Source of the DNA: an uncultured Desulfobulbia bacterium
GTDB lineage: Bacteria > Desulfobacterota > Desulfobulbia > Desulfobulbales > CAZDYX01
Reading direction: 5' to 3'
Assembly (NCBI GenBank): GCA_964509775.1
Contig: CAZDYX010000001.1
Coordinates: 10,597-61,833, forward strand
DNA length: 51,237 nt
The notes beneath the pieces are model-generated. The model had not been told where the DNA came from. It searched no databases and saw only the letters and a program-made list of their open reading frames with translations. This document shows positions 35,333-43,875 of the stretch, one piece after another (the first letter of the stretch is position 1; every line of letters begins with the position of its first letter). A program made the position numbers and the translations under genes.

Positions 35333-36169
35333 ATGCTAAGTCAAGATGACATTGCAAGGTTGAGGAAGGTCGCGTTGACCTTGCGCAAAGCCCTGGTCGA
35401 GATGATAGGCATAGGCAAAGCCGGACACCTTGGAGGTTCAAGCTCCTTGGCGGAAACCATAGCGGTGCTTTATTTCCATGAGATGAAGCGTATGCCCGGA
35501 GATCCGGCTTGGCCTGACCGCGACAGGCTCATCCTCAGCAAAGGACATGCCGCCCTCATCCAATATGCCGCCCTTTGCGAATTGGGATATTTCCCGAGAG
35601 AGGAGCTGAAACGGGTGAAGTCCTTAAGGGGTCTTCTCCAGGGTCACCCTGATTTGAGCATTCCTGGGATAGAGGCCGTGACAGGCTCATTGGGCCAAGG
35701 CCTTTCCATCGGGCTGGGCATAGCCCTCGCCCTTCGGCTGGATGCAAAAAGCTGCAGGGTGTACGTGATCATGGGCGATGGGGAGCAATCTGAAGGTCAG
35801 CTTTGGGAAGCCGCCCAGGCGGCGCCCAATTTCAAGGTCGACAACCTTACCGCCTTCATTGACTGGAACAAGGTCCAGGCCACTGGTCCCACCAAGGACA
35901 TGTTCGATATTCCCAATTTGGGCAAAAAGTGGGAAGCCTTCGGCTGGAATGTGCTGTACGTCGACGGACACGATGTCGCCGCGATAGAAACGGCCATCCA
36001 GTCCGCAAAGCAAGTGAAGGGCAAGCCCTCCCTCATCGTCCTCGACACTGTAAAAGGAAAATGCTTTTCCTTCGCCGAAGGGAACGCCGCATACCACAAC
36101 GGCATCCTCGATGAACAGAAATTCGCCCAAGCGTGCCTTGAGCTTGAAGAAATCGAAAGGGGGCTGTAA
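35333..36169 (+). CDS. Transketolase, N-terminal (thiamine-diphosphate-binding) subunit
   Basis: GHLGGSSSLAE, LSKGHAA and GSLGQGLSIGLG..GDGEQSEGQLWEA are typical of split transketolases. Confidence 0.9.
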   Translation: MLSQDDIARLRKVALTLRKALVEMIGIGKAGHLGGSSSLAETIAVLYFHEMKRMPGDPAWPDRDRLILSKGHAALIQYAALCELGYFPREELKRVKSLRGLLQGHPDLSIPGIEAVTGSLGQGLSIGLGIALALRLDAKSCRVYVIMGDGEQSEGQLWEAAQAAPNFKVDNLTAFIDWNKVQATGPTKDMFDIPNLGKKWEAFGWNVLYVDGHDVAAIETAIQSAKQVKGKPSLIVLDTVKGKCFSFAEGNAAYHNGILDEQKFAQACLELEEIERGL

Positions 36170-36171
36170 CC

Positions 36172-37104
36172 ATGGAAAAGCTTAGTCTAAGAAAAGCATA
36201 TGGCGAAGCTCTCGTTGAAGAGGGCAGGAAAAATAAAAACATTGTCGCCTTGGAAGCGGATCTTGGGAAATCCACCATGTCGATCCTGTTCAAGGAAGCC
36301 TTCCCCGACAGGTATTTCGAGATGGGCATTGCCGAGCAGAACATGACTTCCACGGCCGCAGGACTTGCCCTGGCCGGGAAAGTGCCCTTCATCAGCACCT
36401 TCGCAGTTTTCGCCTCCGGGCGGGCCTACGACCAAATCCGTTGTTCCATCGCAATACCGCGCGCGAATGTAAAGATCTGCGGTTCCAGCTGCGGCTTGTC
36501 GGACTTCGGTGACGGGAAAACCCACCAATCCATCGAAGATGGAAACATAATAAAGGCGATTCCGAACATGATAGTCCTAAATCCCGTGGATGCGGTGGAA
36601 ACGAAGCAGATGGTGGCGGCCCTCGCCTCGTACAACGGCCCCGCATATATCCGCATCAACAGGAACGATCTTCCCGTCTACACCCCCACGGACCAACCCT
36701 TCGAAATCGGCAAGATGCATACGGTTCGGGAAGGGAAGGACATCGTGGTGTTCGCCACAGGCGCCATGGTCTGGAAGTCCATGGAAGCGGCGGAAAAGCT
36801 GGCCGCCGAAGGCGTCTCCCTGGAAGTGGTCAATGTGAGCACCCTCAAGCCGCTTCGCAAGGAGGAGCTTCTCTCCCACGCGCGAGGCAAGAAGGGCATC
36901 GTCACCGCCGAAGAAGCCACGCGGATCGGAGGCCTGGGAAGCGCCGTGGCAGAGCTTCTTTTCGGCGACATATTCCTGCCTTTCAGGCAGATCGCCATCG
37001 ACGATGCCTTCGGCACTTCGGCGTACACATACGAGGAGCTGTTGAAGGAATATAAGGTCAATGAGGCAACGATCGCGGACGCGGTGCGCGATATCTTAGC
37101 GTAA
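36172..37104 (+). CDS. Transketolase, C-terminal (pyrimidine-binding) subunit
   Basis: ..FEMGIAEQNMTSTAAGLA..GKTHQSIEDG.. The start is 2 nt after the N-terminal subunit's stop. Confidence 0.9.
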   Translation: MEKLSLRKAYGEALVEEGRKNKNIVALEADLGKSTMSILFKEAFPDRYFEMGIAEQNMTSTAAGLALAGKVPFISTFAVFASGRAYDQIRCSIAIPRANVKICGSSCGLSDFGDGKTHQSIEDGNIIKAIPNMIVLNPVDAVETKQMVAALASYNGPAYIRINRNDLPVYTPTDQPFEIGKMHTVREGKDIVVFATGAMVWKSMEAAEKLAAEGVSLEVVNVSTLKPLRKEELLSHARGKKGIVTAEEATRIGGLGSAVAELLFGDIFLPFRQIAIDDAFGTSAYTYEELLKEYKVNEATIADAVRDILA

Positions 37105-37130
37105 TAAAATCAAGGAAAGGAGCGACAAAT

Positions 37131-38030
37131 ATGAAGATCGGATTCATTGGACTCGGGATAATGGGAAGACCCATGGCCAAAAACCTCATCACCGCCGGTT
37201 ATTCTCTCGTCGTCTATGACAAGTTCGCAAGTTCCGACGATCTTGTCGCCCTAGGCGCCGAATGCGGCGGTTCCAACAAGGATGTAGCCTCGAAAAGTGA
37301 TGTCATAATCACCATGCTTCCCAATTCGCCCCACGTGAAGGAGGCAATCCTGGGGAAGGACGGCGCCCTCGAAGGAATCCTCGCTTCAGGAAAGAAAGGC
37401 GTGACCGTCATAGACATGAGCTCCATCGCCCCGGCCGTATCCCAAGAAGTCTCCGCCATCCTGGGCGAACATGGGATAGCGATGCTGGACGCCCCGGTGT
37501 CGGGCGGAGAGCCCAAGGCCATCGACGGAACCCTGGCGATCATGGTCGGCGGACCCGCGGAAGTGTTCGAAAAAGTCGAGCCCATTCTCCGCAAGCTCGG
37601 CGCCTCGGTCATATTGGTAGGGCCGATAGGAGCAGGCAACGTTGCCAAACTGGCAAACCAGGTGATCGTCGCCCTCAACATCGCCGCGGTTTCCGAGGCC
37701 TTCACCCTCTCGACAAAGGCGGGGGTTGATCCCGAGTCTGTCTTCATGGCGATCAAGGGCGGCCTGGCGGGAAGCACCGTCATGAACGCGAAGGTTCCCA
37801 TGATGCTCGACGGCAACTTCAAGCCTGGGTTCAGGATCGACTTGCACATAAAGGATCTCGCCAACGCCCTGGACACCGCCCACGCCCTGGGTGTGCCTGT
37901 GCCGCTCACCGCCAGCGTCATGGAAACCCTGCAGGGCTTGCGGGTGGCGGGCCACGGCAATTCCGACCACAGCGCCATCCTGCGTCACTACGAAAAGTTG
38001 GCGGATATCGAGGTTAGGAAGCAGGGGTAA
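37131..38030 (+). CDS. NAD(P)-dependent 3-hydroxyisobutyrate / tartronate-semialdehyde reductase family oxidoreductase
   Basis: MKIGFIGLGIMGRPMAKNL (GxGxxG), ..DAPVSGG.. and ..KDLANALD.. are typical of the HIBADH/GarR family. Confidence 0.85.
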   Translation: MKIGFIGLGIMGRPMAKNLITAGYSLVVYDKFASSDDLVALGAECGGSNKDVASKSDVIITMLPNSPHVKEAILGKDGALEGILASGKKGVTVIDMSSIAPAVSQEVSAILGEHGIAMLDAPVSGGEPKAIDGTLAIMVGGPAEVFEKVEPILRKLGASVILVGPIGAGNVAKLANQVIVALNIAAVSEAFTLSTKAGVDPESVFMAIKGGLAGSTVMNAKVPMMLDGNFKPGFRIDLHIKDLANALDTAHALGVPVPLTASVMETLQGLRVAGHGNSDHSAILRHYEKLADIEVRKQG

Positions 38031-38053
38031 GTTTCAACTCGATAAATCGCAGC

Positions 38054-38086
38054 AAGAAGCCCGCTCCTAGCGGGCTTCTTAGTATT
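38054..38086 (+). terminator. Rho-independent terminator of the TRAP/transketolase operon
   Basis: It has a perfect 11-bp stem AAGAAGCCCGC / GCGGGCTTCTT (38054-38064 / 38070-38080) with a 5-nt loop, followed by AGTATTT. It lies 24 nt after the stop codon. Confidence 0.65.
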
Positions 38087-38110
38087 TGTCCAAGCCGCGA
38101 CGCTTTCCAC

Positions 38111-38170
38111 ATTGAAATCATAAAATCCTGAATATCTTGTTATCTCGTCGTATTTTAATCCTGTTTAACA
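38111..38170 (+). repeat. Copy E (diverged) of the dispersed intergenic repeat
   Basis: ..TCATAAAATCCTG-aatatct-TGTTATCTCGTCGTATT.. aligns with copy B ..TCCTGAAAATCCTG--TTAACTCGTCCCATT.. when a ~7-nt insertion is allowed. Confidence 0.4.
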
Positions 38171-38421
38171 TCCTTCGCATGATGACCACTATGGAACGAG
38201 GAATTGCGACCGAGAAAAAACCTATCCCGACGGATTGGAAATCCGCGCCGCCGCCGATTACCTCGCGAACATCGATTTGGGCATTTGAGGAAAGTTTTCA
38301 TAAGCGCTTGCAGTTCATGATTTAACATCTTCTTAATGCGGACGGGAAAAACTTAACAACTTCTATATTCACCGATATTCCTTCAATCGCTAACCTTTGG
38401 AGGACGTATCGGAGGAATTCC

Positions 38422-39051
38422 ATGTTCGTAATGATAGTTGGAAGCGGAAAACTTGGCCTGGGCCTGGCGCGCTCCATGTCTTCCCGGCAGGATGATGTAG
38501 TCATCATGGACACGGGACTGAACAACACGCGGATCGGCGATGGCTTTGATGGAATCATCATCGACGGCGATCCGATGGATTTGAATGTACTTGATCAGGC
38601 GGGGATAAGGAATGCGGAGCTGTTTCTTGCCGTCACCGCCAACGACAATGTGAATGTGTTCTGTGTTGAAGCTGCGAAAACGATCTTCAACGTGCCAAAA
38701 GCTTTGGCTAGAATCGCCGATCCTGAACGGGAACTGTTCTTCCATAATATTGGATTGGAGACCGTGTGCCCGACTGTCTCGGGGATCAACCAAGTGCTGG
38801 ATTATATTGCAGGGGAAAGGTTCAGCTCCCTGGCAATAAATTTTGATCCATCCTTTATATGCATCCATCCTCTAGAAAGTTGGGTGGATAAACCGCTCTC
38901 AAAGATTGATATCCCCGGCAAGATGAAAATTGTTGGAGTAGTAAAGAACAACCACATAGTCAAGTTGAATGGCCACAAAGTATTCCATAGAGATGATTCC
39001 GTGGTAATTACCCAGGGGAGGGGAAAAGAGGATCGGAAATGGATCGTGTAA
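38422..39051 (+). CDS. trkA: TrkA/KtrA-like potassium-transport NAD-binding (RCK) protein
   Basis: MIVGSGKLGLGLARSM..DVVIMD is a Rossmann motif (TrkA_N), followed by a TrkA_C-like C-terminal domain. Confidence 0.8.
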   Translation: MFVMIVGSGKLGLGLARSMSSRQDDVVIMDTGLNNTRIGDGFDGIIIDGDPMDLNVLDQAGIRNAELFLAVTANDNVNVFCVEAAKTIFNVPKALARIADPERELFFHNIGLETVCPTVSGINQVLDYIAGERFSSLAINFDPSFICIHPLESWVDKPLSKIDIPGKMKIVGVVKNNHIVKLNGHKVFHRDDSVVITQGRGKEDRKWIV

Positions 39052-39707
39052 TAATAGTAGGCGCAGGAAAAGTGGGATTTCACCTTGCTAAAGTCTTAAA
39101 ATCAAACAAATACGATGTAGCCTTGGTTGAAAAGGACGCAGCGAGGGGAGCCGAAGTAGCGCAAAAAATAGAAATTGGAGTTTTTTTAGGAGAAGGCACC
39201 GATATCCAATTGCTCCGCAGCGCCGGAGTGGAACGCGCGGAATATTTTATATCCGTAACTGGCAATGATGCCGACAACTTGGTTGCATGCCAAATCGCAA
39301 AATCTAGATTCAATGTGCGCCATTCCATCGCAAGAGTGATCGATCCAAACAACGAATCCCTCTTCAGGCGACTAGGCGTCGATGCAGTAATAAGCACAAC
39401 GGCCTTAGCCGCCCAGACAATCAGCAATTTATTCCCGGCCAACGGACTTAGGCTCATTTCGATTTTCGACCGAGGCGATCTCGAATTGGCTGAAGTGGCC
39501 TTGACTGAGCACTCTCTCTCAGTCGGCAAGAAGGTTTCGGAAATTCTCTTGCCCGAAGAGTGTTTGCTTGTGGCCATTCTCAGGGAAGAGACAGTTTTTC
39601 TTCCACGAGGAAATACTATTCTACAACCATTTGACAGAATTTTTGCAATGGTCCAGAAAAAATATGCCTCCGATTTGCGAGGGATCCTGGCCGGAGGAAA
39701 GCTATGA
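39039..39707 (+). CDS. trkA: TrkA/KtrA-like potassium-transport NAD-binding (RCK) protein, second copy
   Basis: VIIVGAGKVGFHLAKVL..DVALVEKD, followed by a TrkA_C domain. It overlaps the previous gene by 13 nt. Confidence 0.85.
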   Translation: MDRVIIVGAGKVGFHLAKVLKSNKYDVALVEKDAARGAEVAQKIEIGVFLGEGTDIQLLRSAGVERAEYFISVTGNDADNLVACQIAKSRFNVRHSIARVIDPNNESLFRRLGVDAVISTTALAAQTISNLFPANGLRLISIFDRGDLELAEVALTEHSLSVGKKVSEILLPEECLLVAILREETVFLPRGNTILQPFDRIFAMVQKKYASDLRGILAGGKL

Positions 39708-39835
39708 TGAACTCTACGTTGCACGAAACAGGAATCTTGACGATTATAAAGGGAATTTTCGCAGAAATACTATTCGCAGCGACACTAGGATTCCTTGGAA
39801 CGTTTATCTGCGGAGCGGTGGCAGCAATTTTATAG
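39704..39835 (+). CDS. Candidate 43-aa single-TM peptide between trkA and trkH (not in the ORF track)
   Basis: MMNSTLHETGILTIIKGIFAEILFAATLGFLGTFICGAVAAIL*. Its ATG overlaps the trkA stop (ATGATGA), it has a hydrophobic core, and it ends 7 nt before the ATG at 39843 that I favour as the trkH start. Confidence 0.3.
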   Translation: MMNSTLHETGILTIIKGIFAEILFAATLGFLGTFICGAVAAIL

Positions 39836-39842
39836 GCCGATC

Positions 39843-41351
39843 ATGGGTAAAAATATTTTCCTGCGGGACTGCTCCATTGTCCTACACTACACAGGTAAAA
39901 TCATCGCCGGTCTCTCGATGCTCTGCCTTATCCCTGCCTTGACATCACTTATCGCGGGAGAATTTACGGTAGTGGTGGATTTTTTGATCGGCTTTGGAGC
40001 GATGTTGATGTTAGGCGCCGGCCTTGCTGTGTTTTTCCCCAACGTGGAAAAGCCGAATTTGATGCACGGCATGGTCACCGCTGGCATCTCCTGGCTTGTC
40101 GCCATGATCGTGGCTGCCCTCCCGTATTGGCTGTCCGGGCATTACCTATCCTACCTTGACGCAATGTTCGATGTAATGAGCGGGCTCACCACAACGGGTC
40201 TGGTACTCATGCAAAACCTTGACCATGCGGCGATCGGGATCAACATGTGGCGGCACATCCTCACCTTTGTAGGCGGACAGGGGATAATCGTACTTGCCCT
40301 CGCGCTTTTTTCAGACGGTGCCGGTGGAGGATTCGGCTTTTACGCGGGCGAAGGCAAGGACGAGCGGCTTTTCCCGAGCGTCATGCATACCGCCAAGTCG
40401 ATTTGGAAGATCAGCTTGATCTACCTTGTTGTCGGAAGTATTGCTTTTTGGCTTGCTGGAATGGCAATTGGACTTTCGCCATCTCGCGCCTTCCTCCACG
40501 GCATTTGGATGCACATGACAACCTGGAGCACGGGCGGCTTCGCCCCGATGTCGCAAAATATTCTTTATTACCATAGCGGATTGTATGAAGCGCTGACTTT
40601 TGTTTTCTTCACCATCGGATCCTTCAACTTCGCACTTCATGCTTCCGTCCTTAGAGGCAATAGGCGGGAATTGATGAAAAACATCGAGACCGTCTCTTTC
40701 ACCATTACACTGATGCTCACTGTTTTTGTCATCGCCTGGGGCCTGGGAAGACTGCAAGTGTATCCAGACCTCTTCTCCATGATGAGAAAAGGTTTTTACC
40801 ATATAGCTTCAGCCCATACAACTACTGGATTGATGACTATTTACCCTCAGCAATTCGCAAATGAGTGGGGAGATTTGGCAATGTCGGCAATCATTATCGC
40901 GATGATGATAGGAGGAAGCGCGTGTTCGACCGCCGGAGGTTTCAAAGGCCTTAGGTTCGGCATCTTGTTTAAAGCCTTGTTGCAGGAGATCAACCGCATG
41001 GTAAAGCCCCGTTCCTCCATTGTATTACAAAAGTATTCATACTTTGGAAGACAATCGCTTTCCGATCAGCAAATAAGGAACGCCTCGCTTATCGTTCTCA
41101 TGTATGTCGTTGTTTTCTCGGTTGCTGTGGTCGGCAGCTGCGCCGCAGGCTTTCCTCTGTTGCAGTCTATGTTCGAAGCTGCATCGGTAACCGGCAATGT
41201 CGGGCTCAGCATCGGCGTGACAACCGCCGCAATCCCTTCAGGTCTTAAAATCCTCTACATTTTCAATATGTGGGCGGGACGTTTGGAATTCATGGCAGTA
41301 CTAGCTTCCATGGGCTTGATCGGATCTATCTTTGCGAGGAAACACCGGTGA
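39843..41351 (+). CDS. trkH: TrkH/KtrB-family potassium uptake transporter
   Basis: It is polytopic, with TrkH-type pore motifs (..MSGLTTTGL.., ..TTWSTGGF.., ..ASAHTTTGL.., ..ASVTGNVGLS..). The track offers TTG 39795; ATG 39843 is the alternative. Confidence 0.85.
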   Translation: MGKNIFLRDCSIVLHYTGKIIAGLSMLCLIPALTSLIAGEFTVVVDFLIGFGAMLMLGAGLAVFFPNVEKPNLMHGMVTAGISWLVAMIVAALPYWLSGHYLSYLDAMFDVMSGLTTTGLVLMQNLDHAAIGINMWRHILTFVGGQGIIVLALALFSDGAGGGFGFYAGEGKDERLFPSVMHTAKSIWKISLIYLVVGSIAFWLAGMAIGLSPSRAFLHGIWMHMTTWSTGGFAPMSQNILYYHSGLYEALTFVFFTIGSFNFALHASVLRGNRRELMKNIETVSFTITLMLTVFVIAWGLGRLQVYPDLFSMMRKGFYHIASAHTTTGLMTIYPQQFANEWGDLAMSAIIIAMMIGGSACSTAGGFKGLRFGILFKALLQEINRMVKPRSSIVLQKYSYFGRQSLSDQQIRNASLIVLMYVVVFSVAVVGSCAAGFPLLQSMFEAASVTGNVGLSIGVTTAAIPSGLKILYIFNMWAGRLEFMAVLASMGLIGSIFARKHR

Positions 41352-41857
41352 CCAAAATCAACCATTGGCATCTCATCCTGCTCCTTATCCTTTTCATATC
41401 AACAGCTATGACACCCTGTTTCTCCGATGCAACTGACGTGATTGCCATCGGAACCTTAGTCGATGGGGCGAAGGCTTTCGATGGCAAGACAGTGGTAATA
41501 GAAGGTGAGGTTGTAGGCGATGTGATGAAGCGGGGACTTTATTCATGGATCTGCCTGTTGGACGAAGGGATAGCCATCGGCGTGTGGACAAATTCGGCGG
41601 AAATACCTTCGGATCTTACAGCCGGTGGGTATGGGATCCGCGGAGACTATGTCCGAGTATCGGGTGAATTCCATCGAGCTTGCCCGGAACACGGAGGCGA
41701 CCTGGATATTCATCACATGGACAGCTTTGAACGAACGGCTCCAGCGATGCATATCGCATATCCCATTCGTAAGGAAAGGGTTATCGTTGCCGCCCTTTTC
41801 TGCATGATGGGTCTCCTTTTCTCTTTGCTATGGAAACGAAATTCCGCCAAGGGTTGA
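41348..41857 (+). CDS. Hypothetical exported / membrane-anchored protein, ~169 aa
   Basis: A GTG at 41348 overlaps the trkH stop (GTGA). It has an N-terminal signal-like segment (HWHLILLLILFISTAMTPCFS) and a C-terminal TM (VIVAALFCMMGLLFSLLW). The beta-rich central part has no family I can name. Confidence 0.5.
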   Translation: MTKINHWHLILLLILFISTAMTPCFSDATDVIAIGTLVDGAKAFDGKTVVIEGEVVGDVMKRGLYSWICLLDEGIAIGVWTNSAEIPSDLTAGGYGIRGDYVRVSGEFHRACPEHGGDLDIHHMDSFERTAPAMHIAYPIRKERVIVAALFCMMGLLFSLLWKRNSAKG

Positions 41858-41913
41858 ACAGTTGAAGATTTTTTGTCTGCCTTGCCCGATAAGGGCAACA
41901 GGGAGATAATGGC

Positions 41914-43875
41914 GTGAATATGAATACTGCATCGCGCCCAATGCCAGATAGCTTAAAAAGAATCGCCGTGGGAGTGGGCAGCTCTCCCAGTTCCTGGCAC
42001 TTGGTTGAATGGACCGCCAAAGTAGCCTCCAAGATGAACGTTCCATGGATGGCTTTCCATGTGGATGGCGGAGTGCCCTTATCCCAGGAAGATACAAAAC
42101 GATTGGAGAAAAATTTGCGCCATGCGCAAGCGCTAGGAGGTGAAATATCCACCCATGCCGGCGCGGATGTTGCGAGGACATTGGTGAAAGCGGCAGGAAG
42201 CAGTGGTGCGTCGATGCTCGTCATAGGGAGATCTGGCCTATCTCAATTGGGCTTTTTCACTAGAAGTTTAACAATTTCCGATAAGATCCTGAGCAACGCC
42301 GTTGGGCTGGATATCGTGGTAGTTTCTGATGGTTTTGGGACCAAAAGGCGATTCTTCCCAGGATATATTGCCAATCTGTTCAGCTTACCCCTGCGTCAAT
42401 ATCTGGCGATGGCGATTGCATTCATATTGGTGACGATTGGCTGTTTGGCAACTTTGCCTTGGGTTGGAATAAGGGGTGTGGAACTATCGTATTTGGCGTT
42501 GATCCTTGTGTTTTCCCTTTTTTCAAGACCCGCGCCTATCATACTTTTTACCCTTGTCGCTGCGCTTGCATACAACTTTTTCTTCATTCCTCCAAGATTC
42601 ACTTTTTCAATTTCTTCTACTGAGGACATCTTGGTATTTTTGCTTTTTTCCCTTGTCGCCGCAACAACCGGTTTTCTTTCTTCCGGATTGAGGTTGCGCG
42701 AAGCACTTCTGCTGAAGCGTGATCGAGTAGCCTCGCTGCTGCTTTCCGCAGGAGAGCATTTTTCAAAAATAAATACGGAGGATGACGCAGCCGAAGCTGC
42801 GGCGATGTTGGTCCAAAAATATTCAGGTTCCACTGCGGTCATTTGTTTGCAAAAGAGCAAGGACCGCATGGAACCATTCCACAGCCATGTAAAAGGGATT
42901 TTGAGCACCTTTGACGTGGAAGCGGCGAAGCATTGCATTGTGAAAGGAGAAATATGCGGAGCCGGAAACATTCCGCATGCCAAAGCCCGTTTCCGGTTTG
43001 TGCCGGCAAAGGCTGGAAACAGTGTTGTGGCTTCAATTGGGTTTGTTCCTAGGGCTGGAAAAGGCAAGCTTGGCGAGGATGACGCTCTCTTCCTGGCGTT
43101 AGGGAAAAGCCTTGCCCTGGCCATCGAGAAGGAGCGCTCCGATGAAATCTCAAGAAAGGCGCTCCTTGAACTCGAATCAGAACGATTGGCAAAAGTCCTA
43201 CTCGATTCTGTTTCCCATGAACTCCGAACTCCCTTGACATCAATTACAGGCTCCCTGAGCGCTCTAAAAGATGAAGAAATTGGAGGAAACCCTTCAACGC
43301 GCGCGAAGCTTCTTGGAGGTGCGCTTTTATCCGCCGAAAAACTCAATAAAGTAGTGGACGATTTATTATCCTTCAGCAGGATGGAAGCTGGCATTTTACG
43401 CCTTAAGCTCGAACCTATCACAGCGTCCTACCTGGCTGCGGCAATATCCGCTGGTGTGAAGGACTCTCTCTCAGGGAGGCGACTTGCGGTGTTCCTGCCA
43501 GAGAAATCGCATGAATACATTCTTGACGCCACGCTCGTGACACGTCTTGGGATAAACCTTGTGGAAAATGCGTGCCGGTACTCAAGGAAAAGCGGCGGCA
43601 TCGAATTGAGATTCTCCTCAATCGACGGAGGAATTGGGATAAAGGTGAGGGATGAGGGGCCAGGCTTCAGCGATGAACGAATGCGAGATCCTTTTAAAAA
43701 ATTCAGTCGGACCTTCGGCGACCAGCCTGGCAAGCTTGGTTTAGGCTTGGCAATGTGCAAGGGAATAGCCGAAGCTCATGGAGGATCAATAAACGCCATG
43801 AAAGGAGAAGGCTTTTTTGAGATTGAGGTGGTATTTCCAAAGTGCGAAGCAAGCGAGGCGTATGAAATAGAATGA
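41914..43875 (+). CDS. kdpD: KdpD-like sensor histidine kinase (USP + DUF4118 membrane domain + HisKA + HATPase_c), lacking the N-terminal KdpD sensor domain
   Basis: It has a USP-like start (RIAVGVGSSPSS..LVIGRSG), a DUF4118-type TM block (..AYNFFFIPPRFTFSI..), the H-box SVSHELRTPLTSI, and N/G boxes (..NLVENACRYS.., ..DEGPGF.., ..GLGLAMCKGI..). Confidence 0.85.
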   Translation: MNMNTASRPMPDSLKRIAVGVGSSPSSWHLVEWTAKVASKMNVPWMAFHVDGGVPLSQEDTKRLEKNLRHAQALGGEISTHAGADVARTLVKAAGSSGASMLVIGRSGLSQLGFFTRSLTISDKILSNAVGLDIVVVSDGFGTKRRFFPGYIANLFSLPLRQYLAMAIAFILVTIGCLATLPWVGIRGVELSYLALILVFSLFSRPAPIILFTLVAALAYNFFFIPPRFTFSISSTEDILVFLLFSLVAATTGFLSSGLRLREALLLKRDRVASLLLSAGEHFSKINTEDDAAEAAAMLVQKYSGSTAVICLQKSKDRMEPFHSHVKGILSTFDVEAAKHCIVKGEICGAGNIPHAKARFRFVPAKAGNSVVASIGFVPRAGKGKLGEDDALFLALGKSLALAIEKERSDEISRKALLELESERLAKVLLDSVSHELRTPLTSITGSLSALKDEEIGGNPSTRAKLLGGALLSAEKLNKVVDDLLSFSRMEAGILRLKLEPITASYLAAAISAGVKDSLSGRRLAVFLPEKSHEYILDATLVTRLGINLVENACRYSRKSGGIELRFSSIDGGIGIKVRDEGPGFSDERMRDPFKKFSRTFGDQPGKLGLGLAMCKGIAEAHGGSINAMKGEGFFEIEVVFPKCEASEAYEIE

